From Patescibacteria group bacterium (GTDB taxonomy: Bacteria; Patescibacteriota; Patescibacteriia; UBA9934; GWF2-40-263), in the NCBI GenBank assembly GCA_041661745.1, contig JBAZTR010000001.1, forward strand, positions 79,740 to 143,739: DNA of 64,000 bases, written 5' to 3'. Both the position numbers and the translations under genes were made by a program. Shown here piece after piece: positions 1 through 9,880 of the stretch. The notes under the pieces are model-generated. The model did not search any database, was not told the origin of the DNA, and saw nothing but the letters and a program-made list of their open reading frames with translations. Every line of letters begins with the position of its first letter. Within the stretch, counting starts at the first letter, position 1.

Positions 1-1508
1 AAAAAACTCTTCAAAACCAGCTTAAAACCGGCAAGGTGGCTCATGCTTATCTTTTTACCGGGCCGCGCGGTATTGGTAAAACCACGGTGGCACGTCTTTT
101 GGCTAAATCAGTTAATTGTGAAAAACCGGATAAGTCCAAAAAAGGTTTTGAGCCTTGCAACGAATGTTCAATGTGTAAGGAAACGACCGGCGGATCAGCT
201 CTTGATGTTTTTGAAATCGACGCCGCTTCGCATACCGGTGTTGATAACGTTCGCGAGTTAATTGATGGCGTGCGTTTCGCGCCCAACAAGGGAAAATTTA
301 AGGTTTATATTGTTGACGAAGTCCACATGCTGTCAACCGCGGCTTTTAACGCGCTTTTGAAAACATTAGAAGAACCGCCGGCGCACGCCATTTTTATTTT
401 GGCCACCACCGAAATTCACAAAGTGCCGGCCACGGTGGTTAGCCGTTGCCAACGCTTTGATTTTCGCCGCTTTACGCCAGCGGAAATTGTTAGCCGGCTG
501 AAAGACATTGCCAAAGCCGAAGAAGTAAAAATTGACGAAGATGTTTTGTATGAAATTGCTCGTCACTCCGAAGGCTGCGAGCGTGACGCCGAAAGTTTAC
601 TTGGGCAACTGTTCGCGTTGGGCGAAAAAGAAATCAAACTTGATGAAGCTTCGTTGGTTTTGCCGGTGGCTTACACGGAAACGGTTTTAAAATTTGTTGA
701 AGGCTTGGCTAAAAATGATGCCGCCGCGGCCATTCGCATTTTAAACGAAGGGGTAGAGCAAGGCATGGATGTGCCGTCATTTCTCGATAACGTCGTTTCG
801 CTTCTGCGCACGGTATTATTTGCCAAACTCGGTGGGCTCGAGCGTTTCCAGGAAGCTTATGAAGCCGGAGCGCTTAAGCGCGTTGGTTCGCTAACCGAAA
901 CTTGGTCGGTTAACGCTCTCACCAATGCCATCGAATTATTTTTGGCGGCGCGACGTTCGGCTAAAAACGATGCTATTCCGCAACTGTCTGCCGAACTCGC
1001 GGCCATGAAAATTTGTCATCCAGAAGCCGTGACAGTTTCTTCTGAAAAAAAGATTCCTCCGTCTACTCCAACCGCTCCAACTCCTCCTGCTCCTTTACAA
1101 GGAGAGGGTAGGGGTGAGGTAAGAAAGCCAACACCGCCGGTGAAATCAGAAATAATCATCGAACCGCCAAAGGTAACTTTGCCAACGCGATCAATTAGTG
1201 TTGAAGAAGTTCGCAGTAAATGGAATGAATTATGCCAGCGGCTGGAAGACAAAAATCCTTCACTTCTTTTAATTTTAAAAAATGCTGACATTACAAAAAT
1301 TACCGGCAATCAAATCGAAGTGCAGTTTGCTTTTGCTTTGCACGCCGAAACCGTCAATCGCGGTAAAAATAAAAACAACATTGATAATTTGTTGTCCGAT
1401 ATATTGGGCACGCCGGTTTCAGTTATGGCCACGCATGTTCCACCAACCGCCGAGGCCGACGAAGCCATGTCTATGTTAAGCGAAGCTTTTGGTGGGCAGG
1501 CAGCTTGA
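1..1508 (+). CDS. dnaX: DNA polymerase III subunit gamma/tau, 5'-partial
   Basis: AAA+ Walker A (GPRGIGKTT), DEVHML box and SRCQ motif. The frame runs open upstream of the M at 36 (KTLQNQLKTGKVAHAY...), so the gene starts outside the window. The linker is Pro-rich. Confidence 0.85.
   Translation, partial: KTLQNQLKTGKVAHAYLFTGPRGIGKTTVARLLAKSVNCEKPDKSKKGFEPCNECSMCKETTGGSALDVFEIDAASHTGVDNVRELIDGVRFAPNKGKFKVYIVDEVHMLSTAAFNALLKTLEEPPAHAIFILATTEIHKVPATVVSRCQRFDFRRFTPAEIVSRLKDIAKAEEVKIDEDVLYEIARHSEGCERDAESLLGQLFALGEKEIKLDEASLVLPVAYTETVLKFVEGLAKNDAAAAIRILNEGVEQGMDVPSFLDNVVSLLRTVLFAKLGGLERFQEAYEAGALKRVGSLTETWSVNALTNAIELFLAARRSAKNDAIPQLSAELAAMKICHPEAVTVSSEKKIPPSTPTAPTPPAPLQGEGRGEVRKPTPPVKSEIIIEPPKVTLPTRSISVEEVRSKWNELCQRLEDKNPSLLLILKNADITKITGNQIEVQFAFALHAETVNRGKNKNNIDNLLSDILGTPVSVMATHVPPTAEADEAMSMLSEAFGGQAA
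1099..1123. repeat. Short G-rich repeat word (AAGGAGAGGG-TAGGGGTGAGGTAAG) inserted in-frame in the dnaX linker
   Basis: Same word as in rsmB at 2892-2933. Encodes QGEGRGEVRK inside the Pro-rich linker. Confidence 0.5.
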
Positions 1509-1626
1509 TCTTTTTACACAAAGACAATGCGGAGAAAGATGAGTTACGCAAAATCCGCGGCGGCATCTCGGTCGGGCGTCGCCCACGCGCGTCGATCAGG
1601 CTAAATTTTATTTTTCAATAAGCTTT

Positions 1627-1926
1627 ATGAAAGGTTATTATAAACTCCCAATAATTAACTACAGGATTGCCACACACGAGGAGGCGGCAAGTCGTAGACT
1701 GGCTAGTCAGGCAAATGAACTTCTGCCTATGCCAATTGAATCAGTGCCAGATGAATGTAAAAAAGATTTTACAAAACTAAAAACATTGATTGAAACAACA
1801 CTAGACAATCTTCCAAAACACAATGGGCTTATGACGCCAGTCCGACTTGCCAACATCCACAACAGTACTGCCGTAAAATACATTAAACTTTTAATAGAGA
1901 TCGAAGATAAAACAATTGAAAAATAA
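1627..1926 (+). CDS. hypothetical protein
   Basis: 99-aa ORF in an AT-rich intergenic context with no recognisable motif. Confidence 0.3.
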   Translation: MKGYYKLPIINYRIATHEEAASRRLASQANELLPMPIESVPDECKKDFTKLKTLIETTLDNLPKHNGLMTPVRLANIHNSTAVKYIKLLIEIEDKTIEK

Positions 1927-2026
1927 AATATCGCCTAACACGGTATATCTGGTTCCACTTCGCTCCACCCAAATTGCTTCGTAACTTCAGATATTCCGGG
2001 ATGTTGTTGGAAATAATTAAAAATTT

Positions 2027-2353
2027 ATGTCAAATTTAACATTAAAAGAAAACCCGACATTAAAAGATTTACAAAAATATGTTCGGGAACTGGAGATAGA
2101 GCGAGGTTTTGATAAAGAAGATGTTTTTCAAAAATGTTTACTTTTAGGCGAAGAAACTGGCGAGTTGTTTAAATCCATCAGAAAAATAAATAAAGTGGCT
2201 AAGGTAGATCACAATTCCAAATTCGGTTCAGTTGATGAGGAATTGGCCGATATTATAATTTTTATATGCACAATCGCCAACCGGTTTGATATTGACCTGG
2301 AACGGGCGTTCAGAGAAAAAGAGGAATTGAATAAAAACAGAGTTTGGGAATAA
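2027..2353 (+). CDS. MazG-like nucleotide pyrophosphohydrolase domain protein
   Basis: About 108 aa and all-helical, with paired acidic motifs (EETGELF, EELADIIIF) typical of MazG/NTP-PPase. Confidence 0.5.
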   Translation: MSNLTLKENPTLKDLQKYVRELEIERGFDKEDVFQKCLLLGEETGELFKSIRKINKVAKVDHNSKFGSVDEELADIIIFICTIANRFDIDLERAFREKEELNKNRVWE

Positions 2354-2394
2354 AGGCAGGAAGTTTTTCGCTAGATAAAATCAATAACAGTCCG

Positions 2395-3321
2395 TTATAT
2401 TTTCCTAACCTTTGCCACAAACAGCCCCTCATTATCCTTAGTCGGCAAAACATACTGAGTATTAACCGGTCCGGGTCGGGTGGAAACAAACGGAAGCTTA
2501 AAGCTTTCCGTTTTTAGTTCGGGATAAGTCGCGAGCAGCCACTCAATCATTTCACTGTCTTCTTCCGGAGCCAAAGTGCAGGTGGAGTAAACAAGAACGC
2601 CGCCGGGTTTAAGGCAAGCCACGGCCGAGCGAAGTAAGCGGCGCTGAATTTTGGCATGAGCAATAATATTTTTCTCACTCCAAAAAGAATACGAACGCGC
2701 TTCGTGGGTATTGACGCGTCCTTCGGCCGAGCAGGGAACATCAGCCAAAATTTTATCGAAAGCCTCCGGCTTTTCTTTATAGAGCAGGGAAGCGTCCATT
2801 AATTTTGTTTCCACAAAATCCGCTCCCTGAATCCGCATGGTGTTTTGCAGTTTTTGAAAGCGCACCTCGTTTTCTTCGCAAGCTAAAATTTCCCCTCTCC
2901 TTGCGAAGGAGAGGGGTGTAGGGGTGAGGTAAGCAGCAATCTGACTCGTCTTACTCCCCGGGGCAGCGCAAAGATCAAGAATCGCTTCATTTGGTTTTGG
3001 GTCAAGCACCAACACCGGCAACATCGAAGAAATTCCTTGCAGATAAATTTTCCCTTCGCGGCAAAGCCGGTGTTCCAAAAGTTCTTCGTCGCTTCGATTT
3101 TTGATGCGAAAAGCATGGGGAATATCCTTAAGGCGCTCGTAGGCAACATTTTCCTCACGTAAAACCGCCATTACCGCTTCGTCGGTGGTTTTAAGCGTAT
3201 TAACCCGAAAAGTCGGCAAGCGTTTTTCGCCGAAAGCCGTAATGATGTTTTTCGCCGCGCTTACCCCGAATTGTTTTTCAAGCCTGGCGATAAAAAGTGG
3301 TGGTAGATTAGCTGGTTTCAT
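2395..3321 (-). CDS. 16S rRNA (cytosine-C5)-methyltransferase, RsmB/Sun (NOL1/NOP2) family
   Basis: SAM motif DLCAAPGSKT and the catalytic Cys region (VYSTCT). Carries an in-frame insertion of a palindromic repeat element. Confidence 0.75.
   Translation of the reverse strand: MKPANLPPLFIARLEKQFGVSAAKNIITAFGEKRLPTFRVNTLKTTDEAVMAVLREENVAYERLKDIPHAFRIKNRSDEELLEHRLCREGKIYLQGISSMLPVLVLDPKPNEAILDLCAAPGSKTSQIAAYLTPTPLSFARRGEILACEENEVRFQKLQNTMRIQGADFVETKLMDASLLYKEKPEAFDKILADVPCSAEGRVNTHEARSYSFWSEKNIIAHAKIQRRLLRSAVACLKPGGVLVYSTCTLAPEEDSEMIEWLLATYPELKTESFKLPFVSTRPGPVNTQYVLPTKDNEGLFVAKVRKI
2892..2933. repeat. Palindromic G-rich element (CCCTCTCCTT-gcg-AAGGAGAGGG + GTGTAGGGGTGAGGTAAG) inserted in-frame in the rsmB-like gene
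   Basis: Perfect 10-bp inverted repeat with a 3-nt loop, followed by the same TAGGGGTGAGGTAAG word seen in dnaX. Confidence 0.55.
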
Positions 3322-3373
3322 AATCGGTTAAAGCATACCTGGTTTTTTTAGAAAATGCTATCATTTAGAGTAT

Positions 3374-4417
3374 ATGGAAACAAAAAAATTTTTTTCAATT
3401 ATCGGAGTTGTTTTGGTTTTGGCGGCATCAGTTTTTGCCGGCTATCGCCTTTTTTATGTTGGTTCGCCAACTAATACCAAACCAGTCCAAAAGGACGAAC
3501 CGGCTATTCTTTATTTAACTACCATGACACACCTTGAAGATAATTGGGCGGGGGCCGGCAAAGACGAGGATTATTTTAATCGCGTCGCGGCTGAGGTTCG
3601 TTACGGCATGGACTTGGCTAGTGAGTATGACGCGACTTTAACTTTTGAAACCGGCCTGCCGTTTGCCCAAGGTTGTACCAATTTTGACGATAATGTCATG
3701 GCCGAAGTTTTGGAACGTGGTCATGGAATTGGCGTTCATCCTGATTTACCGCCACAAAAAGAATTGCCAATTTCCGTGGCCACGACTCATATAAAAGAAC
3801 GCGTTGATGCCTTAAAAGAATTAGTTGGTAGCGATGAAATTATTGGTTGTTCTGGTGTTGGTGGAATGTCTGATTGGTATACAGCAAGCAAAGCGGCCGG
3901 CTGCAATTTTTTAGACGGCATTGTCGGTTTCAATTATTTGACTATGCCGATGAGTGCCAGACCCGAAGGATATACCGATGAAGCTATTTTTAACGCCTTT
4001 TTTCATCGCGCGGCGCCGGTTGGTGATGAACGGTTTTATCCTTTTTGGATTAACTCTTCAAAAGATTTTATTCCCGATGAAGATGGCAATATTCTTTTAA
4101 GCTCTGGTGAAACTTCCAGTTTGGCCGGATACGCCGAAGCGGCAAATGACACAAAAAATTCCTCAAACTGCGGTGACTGTCCGTTAACAGTGGAGGATGT
4201 CGAAACTTTTGTCACGGAAATTACGGCCTTTGCCGAAAGTCGCGACGTCACAAAAATTTCCAAGTTTAATATTTATTTTCCGGCCAACATGTTCGTGTCT
4301 GAAAACGAGGAAGTCTTGAGAGCCTTTTTTAAAGCAGCACAAAAATTACAAGAAAAAGGAATTTTAGAATGGGCCAGTCAAGCTGAGGTTTATGAGGCTA
4401 TGGAGGCAGTAAGATGA
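3374..4417 (+). CDS. hypothetical membrane-anchored (secreted) protein
   Basis: N-terminal TM helix or signal peptide. No confident catalytic motif. Confidence 0.4.
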   Translation: METKKFFSIIGVVLVLAASVFAGYRLFYVGSPTNTKPVQKDEPAILYLTTMTHLEDNWAGAGKDEDYFNRVAAEVRYGMDLASEYDATLTFETGLPFAQGCTNFDDNVMAEVLERGHGIGVHPDLPPQKELPISVATTHIKERVDALKELVGSDEIIGCSGVGGMSDWYTASKAAGCNFLDGIVGFNYLTMPMSARPEGYTDEAIFNAFFHRAAPVGDERFYPFWINSSKDFIPDEDGNILLSSGETSSLAGYAEAANDTKNSSNCGDCPLTVEDVETFVTEITAFAESRDVTKISKFNIYFPANMFVSENEEVLRAFFKAAQKLQEKGILEWASQAEVYEAMEAVR

Positions 4418-4456
4418 AATAAATAATAAAAAAGTCGGTCAATTAGAAAAAAGGTC

Positions 4457-5593
4457 TTATATTTTTTCACCCTTAATAACTTTATTAAGAACTTCAAGAA
4501 TATTCTGATGGATTTGTTGCGGATTAAGCAAAGCAACAACCTTTTTTCGTTCTTTTTCAGAAAGTTTATTTTTTAATAATCGTTTTACCGCCAAGGCTAC
4601 TTTATCCGGATCATCAAAAGAATCAATAACCATTCGTTTTAGACCTGCTTTACGAAGAGTCTCGGCAAAACCAACGTTTTTTGAAACTAATATCGAGGTT
4701 CCGTTAACCAAAGCTTCAGCCGCCACATTGCAAAAGGTCTCAAAAAACGAAGGAACGATTAAAAGATCGATAGATTTGTAAAATTTAAAAAGATCCTCTT
4801 GGCTCATTGGTTCTTTTCGTTCAATTGTTTCCGGAATATCAAATTTTTTATCCCAGAATGAAGTTACCATAATCGCCCGATGTGGAAACTTCTTTTTTAA
4901 TAAAGCATTATGTAAAGCGATAAAAGACTGAAAGTTTTTAATTCTCGACCAACGACCGACAGCAGCTATAGAATAACGACTTTTTGTCTTTTGCCTGCAG
5001 GCAAAGCCGTTTTTAGCCGGATTAGGAATAACCACACTTTGATCGACCGAATGACCCAATATTTCTTTTTCCACTACTGTTTTGCAAAGGTTTGAGGGGA
5101 AAATAATAGCGTTAGCGGTCGAGGCTATCCATTTTTCATATGCCAAAAGGCGCCGTCGAACAAAAAAATTCTTATGACTTACTTCTTTTTGTAAAACCCC
5201 GGCATAACGTAAAACGACTGGAATATCAAGTTCATGAGCCGCGGTGGCTAATATCCACGGCACAAAATACGTCCCATTAATCAATAAAATATCTGGCGCT
5301 TCTTGACGTAGAATATTTTTTGTCGTTTCGATTAAAATACTCCAACGTTTTCTAAGATTACCAGCCCTTTCCCAAGAAAATTTGGGTATAACATCAATGC
5401 TATTGATAACATGATGGCTAAAAAACGAAGGTTGATAACGACGAAAAATCACTGCTCCTAAAAAATGTCTCGAAGTTACAAATTCGATGCCGACAATGGT
5501 ATCGTCTTTGTCCTCAAGCCAATCAAAAAGGGCAAGATTGGAAATTGTTATTCCCCCGAAAGCATCACGATTTATGTTAGTTGCGATTTTCAT
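4457..5593 (-). CDS. glycosyltransferase, GT-B fold (family 4-like)
   Basis: C-terminal E-x7-E-like motif region (FETFCNVAAEALVNGTSILV). Confidence 0.65.
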   Translation of the reverse strand: MKIATNINRDAFGGITISNLALFDWLEDKDDTIVGIEFVTSRHFLGAVIFRRYQPSFFSHHVINSIDVIPKFSWERAGNLRKRWSILIETTKNILRQEAPDILLINGTYFVPWILATAAHELDIPVVLRYAGVLQKEVSHKNFFVRRRLLAYEKWIASTANAIIFPSNLCKTVVEKEILGHSVDQSVVIPNPAKNGFACRQKTKSRYSIAAVGRWSRIKNFQSFIALHNALLKKKFPHRAIMVTSFWDKKFDIPETIERKEPMSQEDLFKFYKSIDLLIVPSFFETFCNVAAEALVNGTSILVSKNVGFAETLRKAGLKRMVIDSFDDPDKVALAVKRLLKNKLSEKERKKVVALLNPQQIHQNILEVLNKVIKGEKI

Positions 5594-5710
5594 GATTGTA
5601 AAAATTATTTTTTTTAGCTTAACTTTAACTGATCTAAGATGACATAAATTATACCAAATTTATTCCCATTACGCCACTCTCTCTATTTTTTCTTTTGCTA
5701 CTTTATTCGC

Positions 5711-6814
5711 CTATTCTAGCACTGGTTTTTCTCCGGATTTCAGCTGAGAAACTTCGTCTTTACATTTAGCTACAAAATACTCTTCAGTACTTCCTAAATA
5801 TTCAATTTTGTCGCAATAACCCTCATCGAGCGTCACCCATGCCAAGGCTTCATAACATGCAGGAGTCATTCTGCTCTCGCCCTGTGCATTACTTGGCAAT
5901 GAGTCACAGTATTCCATACTGACGTTATTCTTCGATCTCTCCACGCATTCGTAGCGACCAGCGAATCCTTCCTCTTCTCCAAAGAGATGATCAAGACAGT
6001 AATAAGCATCACCGTTATCTTGCGCATAAATCATTGCGCATGCTGAAAGAATAGTATCAACATCACCACTATAATACGATCCATATTCTCCATCATCATG
6101 CCCCATTTTATTGTCCACAGCATCGCAATCTTTATACTCCTCAAGTAACGTCTTCATGAGATTGGCGTAACTGTCGTAATTAGGATAAAGATCGTCGACA
6201 GCGGTAAAGCGACAATGCTCCATAATGGCACTGTCTAGTTCCATATCCTCGCACGCGACATTATTTTTCTTTCCCCAAAAATACGCATATTGCCCAACTA
6301 AATAATCGAGCGGTTCAAGCTCATATTGCTCTGTGTGGCGAGCAACATTTTCTATACCTTCTGTATTCAAAGTCGGGAATTTCGCTTCGACCTCTGGATT
6401 CTTAAAATAGTAGGCCAAGTCCGCAACTGGAAAGACAACATTTTCAGATAAAATGCTGAAGAAATATTTTTTCAATGGTTCATTTTGACCTGTCACTCTA
6501 CAGGTATTTGTGCGAGTTACTACAAGAAAAGCGACGGACCCTTTTTCATCTATCCAGGAAACAGAACAATCAGTACGACTTGCATCGACATCCTCCATAC
6601 CGATCACCTGATCACAAATCGACCCTGACTCAATTGATTCATTGGAAACCGACAATTGACCGTAAAACTTCGCTACTGCAGGCGAAAGCTCACCCTTTTC
6701 CCCACAAATTGGAAGTGTTAAATATGGGTATATTTTTACCCCTACATATATTGTTCCGAGTAGACCAAGAGAGACAATAAGGAAAAGTGGCAACTTCCAA
6801 TAAAGTGATTTCAT
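5711..6814 (-). CDS. hypothetical secreted Cys-rich protein
   Basis: N-terminal signal/TM and many Cys residues. No recognisable family. Confidence 0.4.
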   Translation of the reverse strand: MKSLYWKLPLFLIVSLGLLGTIYVGVKIYPYLTLPICGEKGELSPAVAKFYGQLSVSNESIESGSICDQVIGMEDVDASRTDCSVSWIDEKGSVAFLVVTRTNTCRVTGQNEPLKKYFFSILSENVVFPVADLAYYFKNPEVEAKFPTLNTEGIENVARHTEQYELEPLDYLVGQYAYFWGKKNNVACEDMELDSAIMEHCRFTAVDDLYPNYDSYANLMKTLLEEYKDCDAVDNKMGHDDGEYGSYYSGDVDTILSACAMIYAQDNGDAYYCLDHLFGEEEGFAGRYECVERSKNNVSMEYCDSLPSNAQGESRMTPACYEALAWVTLDEGYCDKIEYLGSTEEYFVAKCKDEVSQLKSGEKPVLE

Positions 6815-6927
6815 ATTATCGAAATAGTAGCATGATATTTATCTTAAGAATATAGGGTCTTTCGAAGCACAAAAAGGGGTTTTACAAGGTAAAATCTAAG
6901 GGCCGCCAAACATCTGTACAAAGCAAA

Positions 6928-6960
6928 AACCCGAGGTCGTGAGACTTCGGGTCTTTACTG
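6928..6960 (-). terminator. rho-independent terminator downstream of tRNA-Gln
   Basis: Hairpin cccgaagtctcacgacctcggg followed by a T-run on the minus strand. Confidence 0.5.
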
Positions 6961-6998
6961 GTCATGAAACATTCCAATCATGTAGGAACGTTCCGTGA

Positions 6999-7072
6999 TG
7001 GTTCCGGGACTTGGATTCGAACCAAGATAAACAGATTCAGAGTCTGTTGTCCTGCCATTAGACGATCCCGGA
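6999..7072 (-). tRNA. tRNA-Gln (anticodon CUG)
   Basis: Hand-folded cloverleaf. Acceptor TCCGGGA/TCCCGGA, T-arm CTTGG-TTCGAAT-CCAAG, anticodon stem ACAGA/TCTGT with loop CTCTGAA, and an encoded CCA. Confidence 0.8.
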
Positions 7073-7161
7073 GTGTTTCTTGCCAGGATCGTAAGATGGC
7101 AGGCTCTCTGCCACCCCGCCATAAAGGCGGGGTCTTCGCTCGGCCAAGCGGCCTCGCTTCG

Positions 7162-7183
7162 ATTAGACGATCCCGGAGTGTTT
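7162..7183 (-). repeat. 22-nt direct duplicate of the tRNA-Gln 5' end (5 nt of leader plus the first 17 nt)
   Basis: Exact repeat of 7057-7078 lying 105 bp away. The sequence between the copies contains GC-rich hairpins. Confidence 0.6.
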
Positions 7184-7311
7184 AATATGGCAACAAGATA
7201 ACAGTTTTTTGCTATTTTGGCAATAAGTGGCTAACCCTTGATAAAAAATAAAAAAAGTGTTAGCCTTTTTTCGCTTATTTTTCTTTTTTTCGTTAAAATA
7301 GAAGGAAGCTT

Positions 7312-9135
7312 ATGAAAAAAACACCTGCCCTTAAAATTGGTCTTATTCTTTTAATTATTCTAGTTTTAGGAGCAGGCTTTCTTGTCTTTAAAAATAAAAG
7401 GGCAACCCCACCTACTGATAGTTCGTCAGAAAGATGCCAACAGGATGATTTTCCATATCTGGACTCCAGCCTACCTACCCAAGACAGAGTAGACGATTTA
7501 ATGAGCCGCATGAGCGAATGGGAAAAAATCGGCCAAATGGTGTTAGTTGAAAAAAACAGCCTTCACAACCTTGGTGATATTACTCAATATAATTTGGGGG
7601 CGTTATTGAGCGGCGGCGGGGCCGGGCCAAAGGAAAATACGCCACAAGCATGGCTTGAAATGGTGGGTGGCTTTCAGGCCGCGGCTAAAGAAACTTGTTT
7701 AGGCATACCGCTTCTTTACGGAATTGACGCCGTTCACGGTCTTGGCAATGTTTACGGGGCGACAATTTTTCCCCACGCCATTGGGTTGGGCGCCACCGGA
7801 GATGCCGATTTGGTAAAACGAGTGGCCGAAGCCACGGCCGAGGAAATGGCCGCCACCGGGATTTATTGGAGTTTTTCGCCAAATCTTGATGTGGCCAAGG
7901 ATATTCGTTGGGGTAAAACATATGAAACCTTTGGATCAGATACGGCCAAGGTGACGCGCTTGGGCCTAGCGTATTTGGAAGGGACGCAGGACTCCTCAGA
8001 AAATTATTTTAAAGTCTTGGCGACGCTAAAACATTTTATTGGCGGCGGGGCCATGGAATACGGAACTTCTCGCAATAAAGATTTCAAGATTGAGGAAGGG
8101 AACATAATAATTGATGAAGAAACTTTACGTCAGGTCCACTTGGCGCCTTTTGCCGCGGCCGTGGCTAGCGGGGCACAGGCAGTTATGGTTGGTACGGCCA
8201 GCTGGCAGGGTGAAATAAATCCGGCTAATCATTATCTTTTAACCGAGGTCTTAAAAGACGAGTTGGGCTTTTCCGGTTTTGTTGTTTCTGATTGGTATGC
8301 GGTGTATGAAATTTCGTTTAGCAAGTACGAGTCCTTAGTAACCGCCATTAACGCCGGCGTTGACATGGTCATGACTCCTTTTGAATACAAAGATTTCATG
8401 TTTAACATCCAAAAAGCTTTGGCTAACGGCGACATAACAAAGGAACGGCTAGACGACGCCGTGAGAAGAATTTTGACGGTAAAATTTGCGACCGGATTAT
8501 TTGACCGCCCGCAAGCTCTGCCGGAAGGCCTTGTTGTTATTGGAAGTGAGCCGCATCGCGCCTTGGCCAGAGAGGCGGTTCGTGAGTCACAAGTTCTATT
8601 AAAAAATGAAAATTCTGTTTTGCCACTTTCGTTATCATTGAAAAAAATAATCGTCGCCGGATCAGCAGCTGACAATTTGGGTCGCCAGGCCGGCGGTTGG
8701 ACCACCGAGTGGCAGGGTATCGACGGTAATTACGGTCTGTCAGGAACTACTGTCCTTGAGGCAATAAAAAGTGCGGTTTCTAAAGAAACCGAAGTTGAAT
8801 ATAACGAGAAGGGAGATTTTTCCACTGAAGATAATCTGGCCGATGTGGGGATTGTGATTGTTGGTGAAAAACCCTACGCCGAGGGTTGGGGCGACAACGC
8901 TAAGCCAAGTTTAAGTTCCGAAGACCTTTCCACAATAGAAAAAACAAAAGTAAAAAGTAAAAAATTGGTGGTTATAATAATTTCCGGCCGGCCGCTTGAT
9001 ATTTCCTCATATTCTAAGGATTGGGATGGTATAATCGCGGCTTGGTTGCCAGGCAGTGAAGGGGAGGGGATTACTGATGTGTTATTCGGTCTTTATCCGT
9101 TTACTGGCGTTTTGCCGGTGTCATGGGATTATTAA
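7312..9135 (+). CDS. glycoside hydrolase family 3 (beta-glucosidase/beta-hexosaminidase-like), membrane-anchored
   Basis: GH3 N-terminal domain motifs (GIDAVHG, KHFIGGG) and the catalytic nucleophile context GFVVSDW. N-terminal TM helix. Confidence 0.8.
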   Translation: MKKTPALKIGLILLIILVLGAGFLVFKNKRATPPTDSSSERCQQDDFPYLDSSLPTQDRVDDLMSRMSEWEKIGQMVLVEKNSLHNLGDITQYNLGALLSGGGAGPKENTPQAWLEMVGGFQAAAKETCLGIPLLYGIDAVHGLGNVYGATIFPHAIGLGATGDADLVKRVAEATAEEMAATGIYWSFSPNLDVAKDIRWGKTYETFGSDTAKVTRLGLAYLEGTQDSSENYFKVLATLKHFIGGGAMEYGTSRNKDFKIEEGNIIIDEETLRQVHLAPFAAAVASGAQAVMVGTASWQGEINPANHYLLTEVLKDELGFSGFVVSDWYAVYEISFSKYESLVTAINAGVDMVMTPFEYKDFMFNIQKALANGDITKERLDDAVRRILTVKFATGLFDRPQALPEGLVVIGSEPHRALAREAVRESQVLLKNENSVLPLSLSLKKIIVAGSAADNLGRQAGGWTTEWQGIDGNYGLSGTTVLEAIKSAVSKETEVEYNEKGDFSTEDNLADVGIVIVGEKPYAEGWGDNAKPSLSSEDLSTIEKTKVKSKKLVVIIISGRPLDISSYSKDWDGIIAAWLPGSEGEGITDVLFGLYPFTGVLPVSWDY

Positions 9136-9154
9136 AAAATTTATTGGGGGGGGT

Positions 9155-9796
9155 ATGAGGAATATTTTGCCAGAAAAAGAATATAAAATTCTAAAAAAAT
9201 TAAACACCCCAGCCAAGGTGCAAGATTTTTTAAATAAGCTGCCGTTTAATTTTGAGCCGCATGGCGACACTTCGTATTCGCCCATGATGGTTTTAAAAAA
9301 GGGAACATGTCACTGCGCCGAAGGGGCGGTCTTGGCCGCTTTAGCCTTGCGTGTGCACGGGCACGAACCGCTACTTCTTGATCTCACTTCAAACAAAAAC
9401 GATTTTGATCATGTTGTGGCTTTATTTAAAAAAGACGGCCGCTGGGGTGCTATTTCCAAAACCAACCACGCTGTTTTGCGCTACCGCGAGCCGGTTTACG
9501 CTTCGGTTCGCGAACTGGTCATGAGTTACTTTCATGAATACTTTCTTAACAATAACGGTAAAAAAACTTTGCGGAGTTTTTCTGGGCCGGTCAATTTGAA
9601 GCGTTTTGACAAGCGCGGCTGGATGACAACTTTGGAAGAAACGGATTATATTCCGGAATATTTGGCCGAGGTGAAACATTTTTCGATTTTAACCAGAAAA
9701 CAAATCGCCGGCTTGCGTTGTGCCGAACCGATTGAAATCGAGGCAGGGAAGATTGTGGAGTGGAACTCGAAAAAAGCTAATTATACACAGGGCTGA
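9155..9796 (+). CDS. hypothetical protein (possible Cys/His/Asp fold)
   Basis: The ORF track starts at 9056, overlapping the GH3 gene. The ATG at about 9155 follows a G-run RBS and is the better start. Confidence 0.4.
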   Translation: MRNILPEKEYKILKKLNTPAKVQDFLNKLPFNFEPHGDTSYSPMMVLKKGTCHCAEGAVLAALALRVHGHEPLLLDLTSNKNDFDHVVALFKKDGRWGAISKTNHAVLRYREPVYASVRELVMSYFHEYFLNNNGKKTLRSFSGPVNLKRFDKRGWMTTLEETDYIPEYLAEVKHFSILTRKQIAGLRCAEPIEIEAGKIVEWNSKKANYTQG

Positions 9797-9823
9797 TATT
9801 GTGAGGCTTTTTCCGCTAAGGTA

Positions 9824-9832
9824 TGCTATAAT
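9824..9832 (+). promoter_or_regulatory. extended -10 promoter element (TGcTATAAT) upstream of the surface-protein/sortase operon
   Basis: TGCTATAAT consensus about 50 bp upstream of the 9881 start. Confidence 0.35.
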
Positions 9833-9880
9833 AGAAAAAGTTTTAAGGATTATTTTTAGATAATCCATTATAAAAAATAT

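Noticed and set aside
1-1508. Programmed frameshift site in dnaX producing the gamma subunit.
   Set aside because: No A-rich slippery heptamer with a downstream stop is evident in the linker region.
6964-7185. 73-aa ORF on the plus strand.
   Set aside because: Lies entirely over the tRNA-Gln gene and its duplicated flank.
9056-9154. Upstream extension of the 9155 gene into the end of the GH3 gene.
   Set aside because: It overlaps the GH3 C-terminus by 80 bp. An ATG with a G-rich RBS at about 9155 is the more plausible start.
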